This document shows positions 1-9,518 of a stretch of DNA of 32,000 nucleotides, piece after piece. The stretch covers positions 210,001 to 242,000 of the forward strand of contig NC_016012.1 of assembly GCF_000283555.1 (NCBI RefSeq), written 5' to 3'. The notes beneath the pieces were generated by a model. That model saw only the letters and a program-made list of their open reading frames with translations, had not been told where the DNA came from and ran no database searches. The stretch's first letter is position 1, and every line of letters begins with the position of its first letter. The position numbers were made by a program, and so were the translations under genes. The DNA comes from Candidatus Arthromitus sp. SFB-rat-Yit. Its GTDB lineage: Bacteria; Bacillota; Clostridia; Clostridiales; Clostridiaceae.

Positions 1-957
1 TGGAGAAATTTTTAGCTTATCTTTTGAGTATTCTCCACCAAATATGATTTCCTCTCTATTATCCTCAATGATTTTAATTAATCTTAAAAAATGAGATTCA
101 TTTATAATTTTTGAATAATGCTTAAAATTCAGTGGATTTTCAGAGTATAAGTCTTTAATATAAAATATCATTCTATCTATGAACTTATCTTTAATTTTAC
201 TATTTACGTACAAAATATCTGGAGCTAAACACGTTTGACCTGAATTTAAAAATTTTCCATGAATAATTCTTTTGCACGAGGTATCTATTTCACAATCACT
301 ATGAACTATACAAGGATTTTTCCCACCGAGTTCGAGTGTTACAGGTATTAAATTCTTAGATGCTTTTTCGTAAACAAGTTTTCCAAAATTTGGATTACCT
401 GTTGCAAATATGTAATCAAAATCTAAATCTAGAAGTTTGTTTATCTCATATTCATCTTTAGATATAGTGAATACATAGCATTTTTCAAATACTTCTTTGA
501 TTATTTTTTCTATTAGTTTGTTTGTATTTGGATTTAGAGTATGGAGCTTTAGTATACAAGTATTACCTGAGGCGAGTGCTCCTATAAGAGGCATTAGTGA
601 AATATATAGAGGGTAGTTCCAACATGAGATAATTAAACAAACTCCGTAAGGTTTTTTGTGTATATAGGCTTTGCTTTTAAAGTTAATTATGGAGGTTCTA
701 ACTCTTTTTGGTTTTGATAATGAGCGTAGATTTTTAATAAAGTAATTTATTTCATTAATGCAGTGTGAAAATTCTGATACAAATGAATCTTCTTCTGATT
801 TTCCTAAATCTTTATGGAGAGCTGTATAAATTTCATATTCATTTTTCAATAATTCTTTTTTTAATTTTGTTAGATTTATGATTCTAAAATTTACTGAAAT
901 AGTTGCATCAGAATTAAAGAATTCCTTTTGTGCGTAGAAAATTTTTTCTATACTCAT
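1..957 (-). CDS. Aldehyde dehydrogenase family protein, N-terminal 319 codons; C-terminus lies beyond the window start
   Basis: Absent from the ORF track (no stop in window). My reverse-strand translation from ATG 957-955 (GGAGGA at 967-962) reads MSIEKIFYAQKEFFNS...SCWNYPL...VTLELGGKNPCIV...FLNSGQTCLAPD. This contains the ALDH catalytic Glu (ELGGK) and Cys (GQTC) motifs. The frame stays open to base 1. Confidence 0.8.
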   Translation of the reverse strand, partial: MSIEKIFYAQKEFFNSDATISVNFRIINLTKLKKELLKNEYEIYTALHKDLGKSEEDSFVSEFSHCINEINYFIKNLRSLSKPKRVRTSIINFKSKAYIHKKPYGVCLIISCWNYPLYISLMPLIGALASGNTCILKLHTLNPNTNKLIEKIIKEVFEKCYVFTISKDEYEINKLLDLDFDYIFATGNPNFGKLVYEKASKNLIPVTLELGGKNPCIVHSDCEIDTSCKRIIHGKFLNSGQTCLAPDILYVNSKIKDKFIDRMIFYIKDLYSENPLNFKHYSKIINESHFLRLIKIIEDNREEIIFGGEYSKDKLKISP

Positions 958-1092
958 GATATCCTCCGTTTTCTTAATATACCTTAATTTTAAATTAAGT
1001 GAATAAAAATTAAAAGATTTTATTTATGGAATAATTGGAACTGATTTGGAGGAAACTACATCATGAATTTTAATTGGTGATTAGGTGATATT

Positions 1093-2904
1093 GTGATGAA
1101 AGTTATGATTAGATTTTTATTGTTTTTTATGATTTTATCTGGAGCTATAGGATGTAAGGTTTATGCGAATGAAGAATTTATAGATGATCCATTGGAGGAA
1201 ATTTTATATAAATTTGATAAGGTAAATGAGAATGGTGAGGTTATTTATGATAAGAAGTCTCCTATAACAGTTGATGGTAAAAAGATAAAGTTAAAGAAGA
1301 TATATGATTCAGATAAGGAGATGTTTAGGGGGACGTGGATAGCTACTATATCTAATATAAATTTTCCAAGTAGAAGAGATATGAATTTTGATGAGCTTAA
1401 AGGTGAGTTTGATTCTATGTTAAATAGAGTTAAAGAACTTAATTTGAATGCAATTTTTTTTCAAGTTAGTCCAGAGCTAGATGCTTTTTATGAATCATCT
1501 TTTAGGCCATGGTCTAAGTATCTTTCAGGAGAACAAGGGAAAGCTCCTTCATATGTAAATGAGGGTAAGGATTTTTTAAAGTATGCTATTTCTGAAACTA
1601 GAAAAAGGGGTATTGAGTTTCATGCGTGGTTTAATCCTTATAGAGTCACAAAAGATCCTATTATAAATAGTACAAAAGAAGATATATTACAAACACTACA
1701 TGAAAATAATTTTGCAAGAATTAACAAAGATTTAGTTTATTTGTTTCAAGGTAAATTGTTCTTAGACCCTGGGAGATATGAAGTTATGGAATTTGTGAAA
1801 AACACTATACATGAATTCATAACTAAATATGATGTTGATGGTATACATTTTGATGATTATTTTTACCCTTATGGTTCTCAAACTATAAATGGTGTTAGCT
1901 ATAAATTTGGAGATATGAATGAAGATTTAAAAACATTTGAGGAAAATAATAGAAGTATAACTGATATAAAAGATTGGAGAAGAGATAACGTAAGCATTTT
2001 AATAAAGGAAATTTCATCTATAATAAACCATCATAATTACATAAATGGTAAGAGTGTTCAATGGGGTATTTCTCCTTTTGGTATATATGCACATAAAGGG
2101 GAGGAATTTAAAGATGGAGTAAAGACTGGTAATTTATTAAATGGATCTAATACTCCATATGGTTCTTTATCTAGTTATAGAGATATTTATGCAGATACAC
2201 TAAGGTGGATAAATAATAATTTTATAGATTATGTAATTCCTCAAATATATTGGACTTTTGGGAAAAATGAGGCACCATATGAGGAACTTATAAATTTTTG
2301 GAGTGAAGCTGTTAAAGGTAAGAGGTGTCAATTATACATAGGACATGGAAATTATTGTGTAAGGGAAGCTAAGGGAGATAAAAATTGGAATAATCCTTAT
2401 GAAATAACTAATCAAATTAAATTCAATTCTAATTATGATGAAATACTTGGGAGTGTTTTTTTTAGTATTAAAGATTTATATAAGAGATTGGATTTTCCAG
2501 ATAAAAGAGAAGAAGTTTATAGAAAATATATAAACCTATTAGAAAGGGAAATAGTTAAATATAAGGCTGTTGTACCTAGTAAACCTTGGCTTGATTCTAG
2601 AGATACATCAGAGGTTTTAGATCTTCGTGTATTAAGAAGTGATGAAAATAAACATTATTTATTTTTTAAAGATAAAATATCAAACGATAGTAAATTTTAT
2701 ATAGTTTATGGTTTTGAAAGTGAAGATAAAATTGATTTGAAAGATAGTAAAAATATATTGGGTATTTATGGTAGAGATTATAGCAAAGAGGATCAACATG
2801 TTATAGTTGAAAATTTGGGAGATAATATTAAACTTTTTGTTGTAACTGTTCAGGATAACTCTGGAACTGAAAGTTCAGGAGTGAAATATATATTTAAAAT
2901 ATGA
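1093..2904 (+). CDS. Secreted glycoside-hydrolase-like family 10 (GHL10 / YddW-YngK-like, UPF0748) protein
   Basis: 603-aa ORF. N-terminal signal sequence (FLLFFMILSGAIGCKVYA). TIM-barrel-type GHL10 motifs EFHAWFNPYR, LDPG and DGIHFDDYFYP. RBS TAGGTGAT at 1082-1089; the start is GTG 1093 or ATG 1096. Confidence 0.75.
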   Translation: MMKVMIRFLLFFMILSGAIGCKVYANEEFIDDPLEEILYKFDKVNENGEVIYDKKSPITVDGKKIKLKKIYDSDKEMFRGTWIATISNINFPSRRDMNFDELKGEFDSMLNRVKELNLNAIFFQVSPELDAFYESSFRPWSKYLSGEQGKAPSYVNEGKDFLKYAISETRKRGIEFHAWFNPYRVTKDPIINSTKEDILQTLHENNFARINKDLVYLFQGKLFLDPGRYEVMEFVKNTIHEFITKYDVDGIHFDDYFYPYGSQTINGVSYKFGDMNEDLKTFEENNRSITDIKDWRRDNVSILIKEISSIINHHNYINGKSVQWGISPFGIYAHKGEEFKDGVKTGNLLNGSNTPYGSLSSYRDIYADTLRWINNNFIDYVIPQIYWTFGKNEAPYEELINFWSEAVKGKRCQLYIGHGNYCVREAKGDKNWNNPYEITNQIKFNSNYDEILGSVFFSIKDLYKRLDFPDKREEVYRKYINLLEREIVKYKAVVPSKPWLDSRDTSEVLDLRVLRSDENKHYLFFKDKISNDSKFYIVYGFESEDKIDLKDSKNILGIYGRDYSKEDQHVIVENLGDNIKLFVVTVQDNSGTESSGVKYIFKI

Positions 2905-2981
2905 TAAAGAATAATTTCTAAATACGTGTTAAAATAAAAAATGAAACTTTTTATTTTATGACTTAACATGGAGGGATAATA

Positions 2982-3707
2982 ATGAATACCATAATATTTA
3001 AAAACTCAGATGAGGCATGTAAAAAAGCGAGCGATATGATATGTTCTGTAGTAAAAGAAAAGAATGATGCGTTACTCGGTCTAGCAACAGGTGGAACAAT
3101 GGAAAATGTATATAAATACATTGTAGAAGAGTATAAAAATAAGAAAGTAGATTTTAAAAGTATTAGAACTATTAATTTAGATGAGTATGTTGGGTTAAAT
3201 GGAGATCACCCTCAAAGCTATAGAAAATACATGGATGATCGTTTTTTTAATCACGTTAATATATTAAAAGAAAATACGTATGTTCCAGTTACAACTGGTG
3301 ATATAAATAAAGAACTTTTAAGGATTAAGGATATAATAGATGGTAATAAGGGAGCTGATGTACAGTTATTAGGTGTTGGTATAAATGGACATATTGCATT
3401 TAATGAACCTTGTGATCGCTTAAATGCAAGTGTAAGTGTTGTCGATTTGGATGAAGGAACTATAAAAGCAAATTCTAGGTATTTTTCTAGCATAGATGAG
3501 GTTCCTAAGAAGGCAGTAAGCCTTGGTATAGGAGATATATTAAAAGCTAAAAAAATAATTTTATTGGCTTTTGGTTGTGAGAAAGCAAATGCGATCAGAG
3601 AGCTTTTGAAGAATGATTTTATTACAACTAAGGTTCCATGTACATTTTTAAAAGCTCATAATGATGTTACCGTTATTATTGATGAGGCTTTGTCAAAAGA
3701 ACTTTAA
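2982..3707 (+). CDS. nagB: Glucosamine-6-phosphate deaminase
   Basis: 241 aa. LGLATGGT, INLDEYVGL and GVGINGHIAFNEP motifs are typical of NagB. RBS GGAGGGA lies upstream. Confidence 0.9.
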   Translation: MNTIIFKNSDEACKKASDMICSVVKEKNDALLGLATGGTMENVYKYIVEEYKNKKVDFKSIRTINLDEYVGLNGDHPQSYRKYMDDRFFNHVNILKENTYVPVTTGDINKELLRIKDIIDGNKGADVQLLGVGINGHIAFNEPCDRLNASVSVVDLDEGTIKANSRYFSSIDEVPKKAVSLGIGDILKAKKIILLAFGCEKANAIRELLKNDFITTKVPCTFLKAHNDVTVIIDEALSKEL

Positions 3708-3788
3708 AATTATTTTAATTAAAAATAGGTTTAAACTTTCTGAAATTGTAAATAATTAACATATACAATATTTGTTGGGGGTTAAAAA

Positions 3789-4187
3789 ATGTTTTTATCA
3801 TTATTTACAGATAGAGAAAGAGATTTATTTTATACTTTATCTCTTCATTTAATTGAGAGTGATGGTATTATAACAGGGGAAGAGAAAACTATGCTCGAGG
3901 GTTTTAAACTTGAGAGTGGTAGAAAACTTGAGAGAATACATGGAACTCCTAATGAAATTATAAGTGAACTTAGTTTAAGTAGTGATAAGATTAAAAATTG
4001 TATATTACTTGAGCTTATATACGTAGCTCTATCAGATAATAATTATACAGAAAATGAGAGATCTATAATTTCTAAAGTTGTAAGTGAGTTTGATATATGT
4101 GACTCTAAGTTTAGAGAAATTTTTGATTGGGTTACAAATTTAAAGGGAATGTATTCAAAAATACTTGAGTTAGTTAATGTAAGGTAG
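3789..4187 (+). CDS. Small cytoplasmic protein, possibly TerB-like fold
   Basis: 132-aa ORF with RBS TGGGGG. Two helical repeats carry acidic motifs (ESDGIITGEEKTML and LSDNNYTENERSII) reminiscent of TerB/DjlA-N-type domains. A clean terminator follows. The family assignment is weak. Confidence 0.45.
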   Translation: MFLSLFTDRERDLFYTLSLHLIESDGIITGEEKTMLEGFKLESGRKLERIHGTPNEIISELSLSSDKIKNCILLELIYVALSDNNYTENERSIISKVVSEFDICDSKFREIFDWVTNLKGMYSKILELVNVR

Positions 4188-4215
4188 TTTTTTAAACTAC
4201 CTATTTTTATTTTTT
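4182..4215 (+). terminator. Rho-independent terminator after the TerB-like ORF
   Basis: AGGTAGTTT (4182-4190) pairs with AAACTACCT (4194-4202), followed by ATTTTTATTTTTT. It overlaps the TAG stop. Confidence 0.75.
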
Positions 4216-4339
4216 AGGATATTTTAACAAAAAAAACTAAATGCTTGCTCATAAATTACTAAAATTTGAGCAAAATAGAATTAAGATGAAATGAATGAAA
4301 AATATATACTATAAAAAATTCAGATTTGGAGGAACAGAT

Positions 4340-5527
4340 ATGAGTAATTTGAGATTAAATAAGATTACTTTGTTGTTGTTATTAATTTTGGCATTAAGTT
4401 TGAAGAGTGTTGAGGGATCGAAAGCTATAGAGGTTTTTAATAATGAATCAGTAGAAGAATCTGGAAGCTTTGTATTTAAAGAGTTAGATGAGGTAAAAGA
4501 TATATATAGTGATATATTAATAGATAGAATAACCAATGATAAAAATGTGATAACAGGTAAGACGTTTAAAAATTCTATAGTAAAGTTTAATATAAATAAT
4601 GTTGAATATGTTTCAAACACTGATGATGATGGAAACTTTGTTGTTTTAGTTGAAGAGGGTTTGCTTATTGATATTGATCAAATACGCGTTAAGGTATGTG
4701 ATTATTTAGATAATGAGTTATCTAATTTATCTTTGGTTGTTCATGATATTTTGCCTCCTGTTGATCCAAAGATTGATGGGATTGTTAATAATTCAGATTT
4801 TAAAGTTATGGGAAGTGGAGAGCCTAATTCTATTGTAAAATTAATTATTGGTGATAAGGAGTTTTTAGGATACATATTAAATGATGGAAATTTTGAAATT
4901 GAGGTTGGAGATTCTCTAAGGGATGTTGATAAATTTAGATTGATTTCTTATGATTATTTCAATAATTATTCAAATTTAGTTGAGAAATATGTGGAGGATG
5001 TTATAGCTCCAGAAAAGCCTACTATAACAAATATTGATTTTATTAATAATCTTGTGTATGGAAATGGAGAAGCTAATTGTGAGGTTGTGGTCAGCTTTGA
5101 CGGTAAAAGCTATAAATCTTATATAGATGAAAATGGATATTTCTATATTCATGATGATGAAGGATTGCTTGAAAATACTGAACATATAAAAATTCATGTT
5201 GTTGATTTGAATGGTAATAGTTCTGAGGAGGTATTATTTGGACTTGAAAAGAAGAATGTGGGTGTTGTAACGCTTAGGAGTTTAGATCCAAATAATGAGA
5301 TTATAAAAGATGCTATGATAAGATTAAATGGATGTGATGATTATTTACATAATGAGGATAGAGTATTTAACTTAAATAGTGAAGGTAATCTTATCATAGA
5401 AGATATACCTTTTGGGGAGTATGAACTTTTAATAAGATATAGGACGGTTAATAATCAATTAGAAGAAAATCTTGTTAATATAAGTTTAAATGAAGAAAAC
5501 TCTGATATAGAAATTTTGATTGATTAA
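4340..5527 (+). CDS. Secreted protein with three bacterial Ig-like (Big-type) repeats and a C-terminal Cna-B/prealbumin-like domain
   Basis: The track ORF starts at 4295, but GGAGGAA (4328-4334) sits just before ATG 4340, which yields signal peptide MSNLRLNKITLLLLLILALSLKSVEG. Three about 85-aa repeats: ITGKTFKNSIVKF...DDDGNFVV, VMGSGEPNSIVKL...LNDGNFEI, VYGNGEANCEVVV...DENGYFYI. The C-terminus has IEDIPFGEYELL. Confidence 0.6.
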   Translation: MSNLRLNKITLLLLLILALSLKSVEGSKAIEVFNNESVEESGSFVFKELDEVKDIYSDILIDRITNDKNVITGKTFKNSIVKFNINNVEYVSNTDDDGNFVVLVEEGLLIDIDQIRVKVCDYLDNELSNLSLVVHDILPPVDPKIDGIVNNSDFKVMGSGEPNSIVKLIIGDKEFLGYILNDGNFEIEVGDSLRDVDKFRLISYDYFNNYSNLVEKYVEDVIAPEKPTITNIDFINNLVYGNGEANCEVVVSFDGKSYKSYIDENGYFYIHDDEGLLENTEHIKIHVVDLNGNSSEEVLFGLEKKNVGVVTLRSLDPNNEIIKDAMIRLNGCDDYLHNEDRVFNLNSEGNLIIEDIPFGEYELLIRYRTVNNQLEENLVNISLNEENSDIEILID

Positions 5528-5559
5528 TTTTTAAATTTAGATATGAGGGAATCGAATTA

Positions 5560-7053
5560 ATGAAGATATTTAAGAGATGGTTTATCCTTAATATTGTTTT
5601 TATAATATTTATAATCCCTTTAAAAATGGTTTGTGCTTATGAAAAGAGTAGCACAAAAGAAGAGAGAATATATACTATAAATGATGATTATGTTTATAGT
5701 TTATCTAAAGATGGAATAGAGATTATAGATATAAATGATTATGAAGATATGAATTTTGTTTGTAGATTAAAAGGGTATAATATGGAAAATAATAATCTTT
5801 ATATTTATAACGATAGGTTATTTATTAGTGGAATTGAAAGTTATGAGGATAAGTCATATATAAAAACGGTTGTGTATGATATTTATGATAAGAAAAACCC
5901 TATTAAACTTAAGGAGTTTAAATTTGAAGGATATGAGTATTTGTTTATCAAAAACGATGGAATTGTTTATTTAGTTATTCAAGAATCAGATAGTAAGGGT
6001 AGAATTATTTCTATAGATTCAAGTAAAGAAGATATAGATTTAAATGTAGATTATTTTGAAGGTGGAGAAATTAGCTTTATATATTCATCAGATGATAATT
6101 TATACGTTATTTGTAATGAAGACATGATTGGAAGATATTTTACAACTATACATAAATTTGATATAAGCGAAGATATTAAATATGTAAATAAAATTTCATT
6201 TGATGGTATTATATACAATGATAAATTTATACATGAGTATGATGGCAATTTAAGAGTGCTTGTGAAATGTGAAAATTTTAAAAATAAGATATATATTTTA
6301 GATAAGGATTTTAGAGATGCAAAGTGTGTAGATGTTATACTTGAGAATGAAAATATAAATAATGTATATTTTGATAAAGAAATGTGTTATATATCTGGAT
6401 TTTTAAAGGAAGGATATTTTTCTATATATAATTTAAAACATAGTAATCCGAAGGAAATGGGACGAATAAAATTAACATCTTCTTCTGATTACATATATAA
6501 ACTTAGTGAGGATAAATTTATAGTTGTGGGAAATGAACATAGAACAGATACATATAAAAATATGCAGAGTGATAAGGTATTTGAAGTAGTTAAGAATACG
6601 GGAATAAAAATTAATTTAATAGATGTCTTGGATAAGAATAATCCTAAAATATTTGATGAGTACTTTATAAAGGGGAAGGAAGTTTGTTTATCAGAATTTT
6701 TGGATGAAGAAAAGATGTTATTTTCCAAAGATAAAAACATATTAGCTTTTACATTAGATATATCTGGTTATACCATGGATATGGATATAAATACAGCTAT
6801 GGAAGTAAATTCGGATTTCAATTGTGAAGGATTATCTAGAGGAGTTTATGTTTTTGATCTACATGATAAAGATAAAATATTTTTGAAGTTTATGGTGGAA
6901 TGTGGGGATGAGTTGTTTGAAAATAAGAATGTAGAGGGGATAAAAATATATAACGAAGATATATTTATATTTTTAGATAATTGTTTTAAGGTATTTAATT
7001 TAGAAGGGAAATTGTTAGGAGAATATACATTCATAAAAAAGGAAACAAAATAA
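5560..7053 (+). CDS. Secreted beta-propeller-domain protein (Beta_propel/PF09826-like)
   Basis: 497 aa with an N-terminal hydrophobic signal/anchor. The pattern VYFDKEMCYISGF...FSIYNLKHSNPKEMGRIKL..SSDYIYKLSEDKFIVVGNE matches the conserved core of this clostridial beta-propeller family as I recall it. RBS GAGGGA. Confidence 0.55.
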   Translation: MKIFKRWFILNIVFIIFIIPLKMVCAYEKSSTKEERIYTINDDYVYSLSKDGIEIIDINDYEDMNFVCRLKGYNMENNNLYIYNDRLFISGIESYEDKSYIKTVVYDIYDKKNPIKLKEFKFEGYEYLFIKNDGIVYLVIQESDSKGRIISIDSSKEDIDLNVDYFEGGEISFIYSSDDNLYVICNEDMIGRYFTTIHKFDISEDIKYVNKISFDGIIYNDKFIHEYDGNLRVLVKCENFKNKIYILDKDFRDAKCVDVILENENINNVYFDKEMCYISGFLKEGYFSIYNLKHSNPKEMGRIKLTSSSDYIYKLSEDKFIVVGNEHRTDTYKNMQSDKVFEVVKNTGIKINLIDVLDKNNPKIFDEYFIKGKEVCLSEFLDEEKMLFSKDKNILAFTLDISGYTMDMDINTAMEVNSDFNCEGLSRGVYVFDLHDKDKIFLKFMVECGDELFENKNVEGIKIYNEDIFIFLDNCFKVFNLEGKLLGEYTFIKKETK

Positions 7054-7065
7054 TTGTTTCCTTTT
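7035..7065. terminator. Bidirectional terminator between the convergent 5560 ORF and speE
   Basis: GGAAACAA (7041-7048) pairs with TTGTTTCC (7054-7061), with an A-run on one side and a T-run on the other. It overlaps both stop codons. Confidence 0.7.
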
Positions 7066-7921
7066 ATTTATTTTTACCCTCATTTATTATGTCACGAACA
7101 TAGTTTGGTAAAACAAAACTAGCTTTATGAAGTTCGGTATTATAGTAATTTGTCTTAATGTTATTTAAATTCCATTTAGGAATATTGTCATTTATTGGAT
7201 TTATAGATTTTGAGGCAAATCCAAACAACCAATGACCGGATGGATAAGTTGGTATAAATGATTGATAATATTTAAGTATTGGGAAGATTTTATTAATTTT
7301 TGATGCAGATCTTTTAAGCTCTTTTATATTAAATGGATAATAAGGACTTTCACTTTGATTTACAAGAATACCATCATCTCTAAGAATTCTATAGCAATTA
7401 CTGTAGAATTCTAAACTAAACAATCCTTCTCCAGGACCTATAGGATCAGTAGAATCTACTATTATGAGGTCATATGATTTATCTGGAGAATTCTTAACAA
7501 ATTCTATTCCATCTTCAAATAACAGCTTAACTTTACTATTTCCTTTAAGAGAGCAGGAAACATTTGGAAATAGTTCGAGAGAAACATTTACAACCTCTTC
7601 ATCTATTTCAACCATAGTAATGGAGTTTATATTTTTATATCTACACAGTTCTCTAACTGTTCCTCCATCACCACCTCCAATAACAAGCACATCTTTAATA
7701 TTAGGATTACTAGCCATTGGGGTGTGAACTATCATTTCATGGTATATGAATTCATCTTTTTCAGTTATCATCATAATATCATCGATAACTAAATAATTTC
7801 CAAATAAATTATTGTTATAAACGTCTATAGTTTGAAATTTACTCTTTTTATGACAAAGATGTTTATCAGCTCTATATGATATTTTAACATCATCGTCATA
7901 TTTTTCTGTGAACCAATTCAT
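7064..7921 (-). CDS. speE: Spermidine synthase (polyamine aminopropyltransferase)
   Basis: 285 aa. VLVIGGGDGGTVREL, IIVDSTDPIGPGE and an N-terminal tetramerisation-type region are typical of SpeE. It lies directly downstream of speD. Confidence 0.9.
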   Translation of the reverse strand: MNWFTEKYDDDVKISYRADKHLCHKKSKFQTIDVYNNNLFGNYLVIDDIMMITEKDEFIYHEMIVHTPMASNPNIKDVLVIGGGDGGTVRELCRYKNINSITMVEIDEEVVNVSLELFPNVSCSLKGNSKVKLLFEDGIEFVKNSPDKSYDLIIVDSTDPIGPGEGLFSLEFYSNCYRILRDDGILVNQSESPYYPFNIKELKRSASKINKIFPILKYYQSFIPTYPSGHWLFGFASKSINPINDNIPKWNLNNIKTNYYNTELHKASFVLPNYVRDIINEGKNK

Positions 7922-7933
7922 TGTAAAAACCTC

Positions 7934-8347
7934 CTAAATATTAGGCTTGTGGTATATAGTATTTGCATTGAAGTTTCCGTGTTTAGCTATTTTTTGAGTA
8001 AGCCCTCTAGGAATCTCAGTAGATTCGCTTATATCAGCTAAAAGTTTTTCTTCTAAATAATCGAATCCAACCCATGGATCTATAGTTCCACAAGTAAATA
8101 AATCAACAGCAGCATAGCCGTATTCAGGCCATGTGTGAATTGTTAAGTGGGATTCAGAAATTATAACTGCACCGCTTACGCCATAAGGGTTAAAATGATG
8201 AAAGCAACTTTCGACTATTGTAGCCCCCATTTTAATAGCAGATTCTTTCATGTAAGTCTCGATAAGTTTTGGATCTTTTAAAATCTCATTATTACAATTA
8301 TAATATTCGACTAAAATATGACGACCTAATGCATTAATAGTATGCAC
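7934..8347 (-). CDS. speD: S-adenosylmethionine decarboxylase proenzyme (small bacterial type)
   Basis: GRHILVEYYNC and the self-processing site ISESHLTIHTWPE. The track ORF begins at TTG 8371, but AAGGGAGGG precedes GTG 8347 at proper spacing, giving the usual short N-terminus. Confidence 0.9.
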   Translation of the reverse strand: MHTINALGRHILVEYYNCNNEILKDPKLIETYMKESAIKMGATIVESCFHHFNPYGVSGAVIISESHLTIHTWPEYGYAAVDLFTCGTIDPWVGFDYLEEKLLADISESTEIPRGLTQKIAKHGNFNANTIYHKPNI

Positions 8348-8627
8348 TTCACACCCTCCCTTGAGATACAAAAGTTTACTTAATAAACATATAAAGTTTA
8401 GTATAATTAAACTTTATATCATAAAAATTTAAGCCACTATAATATCTAATTAAGCTTAATTAAATACAATAATGACTTATATAAATTATCTAGAAATGAC
8501 AATATATTAAACTTTAACTTGCAATATATCTAACTTAAAATATATAATAAATTTATTTCATAGTCAATAAAAAAATAAACTATTTGTTTATGTAAATTTA
8601 CTGATTTATTATTCTTATATCGTAAAT

Positions 8628-9518
8628 ATGGGGAGAAAGTTTAATATGAATTATGAAAAAGATAGCATAGCTTCTCATTGTGAGAGTCACTTACCAATTT
8701 TTGAAAAAAAGAGCGTTAAAGAGATTGAGAAAAGTATTATAAAGAGATATAGAAAAAGAATATGGACTAAGTTTACAAAAGCTATAAATGATTATAATTT
8801 AGTAGAAGATGGAGATAGAATTGCTATTGCTATATCTGGAGGAAAAGATTCTCTTCTTTTAGCAAAATTATTTCAAGAGCTTAAGAGGCATGGGAGGAAT
8901 AATTTTGAATTAGAGTTTATAACCATGGATCCTGGATATCACAAACATATACGTATGCTACTTGAAGAAAATTGTAAACACTTAGAAATACCACTTAAGA
9001 TATTTGATTCAAATGTGTTTACTGTTGTTGATAAGATAGCAAGAGATTATCCGTGTTATATGTGTGCACGTATGAGAAGAGGATTTTTATATGCAAAAGC
9101 CAAGGAATTGAATTGTAATAAACTTGCACTTGGACATCATTTTAATGATGTTATAGAAACAACACTTTTAAATGTGTTTTATTCGGGTAATTTTAAAACC
9201 ATGTTACCTAAATTAAAAGCTGATAATTTTAAGGATATAGAATTAATTAGACCTATGTATTATATAGAGGAGCAATCTATAATTACATTCATAAAAAATT
9301 CAGGATTAATGGCACTTAATTGTGCTTGCATGGTTGCGGCTAAACGCATAGGTAATAAGAGATATGAAATAAAAGATCTAATAACTAGTATGAAGAAAAA
9401 TTATAAGTATGTAGATAAGTCTATATTTGCAGCAGCACAAAATGTAAATATGGATTCCATACTTGGATGGGTTAAAGATGGGAAAAATGTTTCATACCTA
9501 GATAAATATGGGGAATGA
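8628..9518 (+). CDS. ttcA: PP-loop ATPase of the TtcA (tRNA 2-thiocytidine) family
   Basis: 296 aa. PP-loop SGGKDS, CYMCARMRRG (CxxC...RRG), LALGHHFNDVIET and a second Cys pair NCAC align with E. coli TtcA. The start may be ATG 8646 (GGGGAG upstream). Confidence 0.7.
   Translation: MGRKFNMNYEKDSIASHCESHLPIFEKKSVKEIEKSIIKRYRKRIWTKFTKAINDYNLVEDGDRIAIAISGGKDSLLLAKLFQELKRHGRNNFELEFITMDPGYHKHIRMLLEENCKHLEIPLKIFDSNVFTVVDKIARDYPCYMCARMRRGFLYAKAKELNCNKLALGHHFNDVIETTLLNVFYSGNFKTMLPKLKADNFKDIELIRPMYYIEEQSIITFIKNSGLMALNCACMVAAKRIGNKRYEIKDLITSMKKNYKYVDKSIFAAAQNVNMDSILGWVKDGKNVSYLDKYGE

Noticed and set aside
2931-2957. Hairpin AAAATAAAAA / TTTTTATTTT between the GHL10 gene and nagB as a terminator
   Set aside because: It is a perfect 10-bp stem but made entirely of A-T pairs, so it is too weak to call a terminator with confidence. 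The two genes may be co-transcribed.
4295-4339. Track-proposed upstream starts: 4295 for the Ig-repeat protein, and similarly TTG 8371 for speD
   Set aside because: Neither has an SD. The downstream starts (ATG 4340, GTG 8347) have strong SDs and give a proper signal peptide and a family-typical N-terminus respectively.
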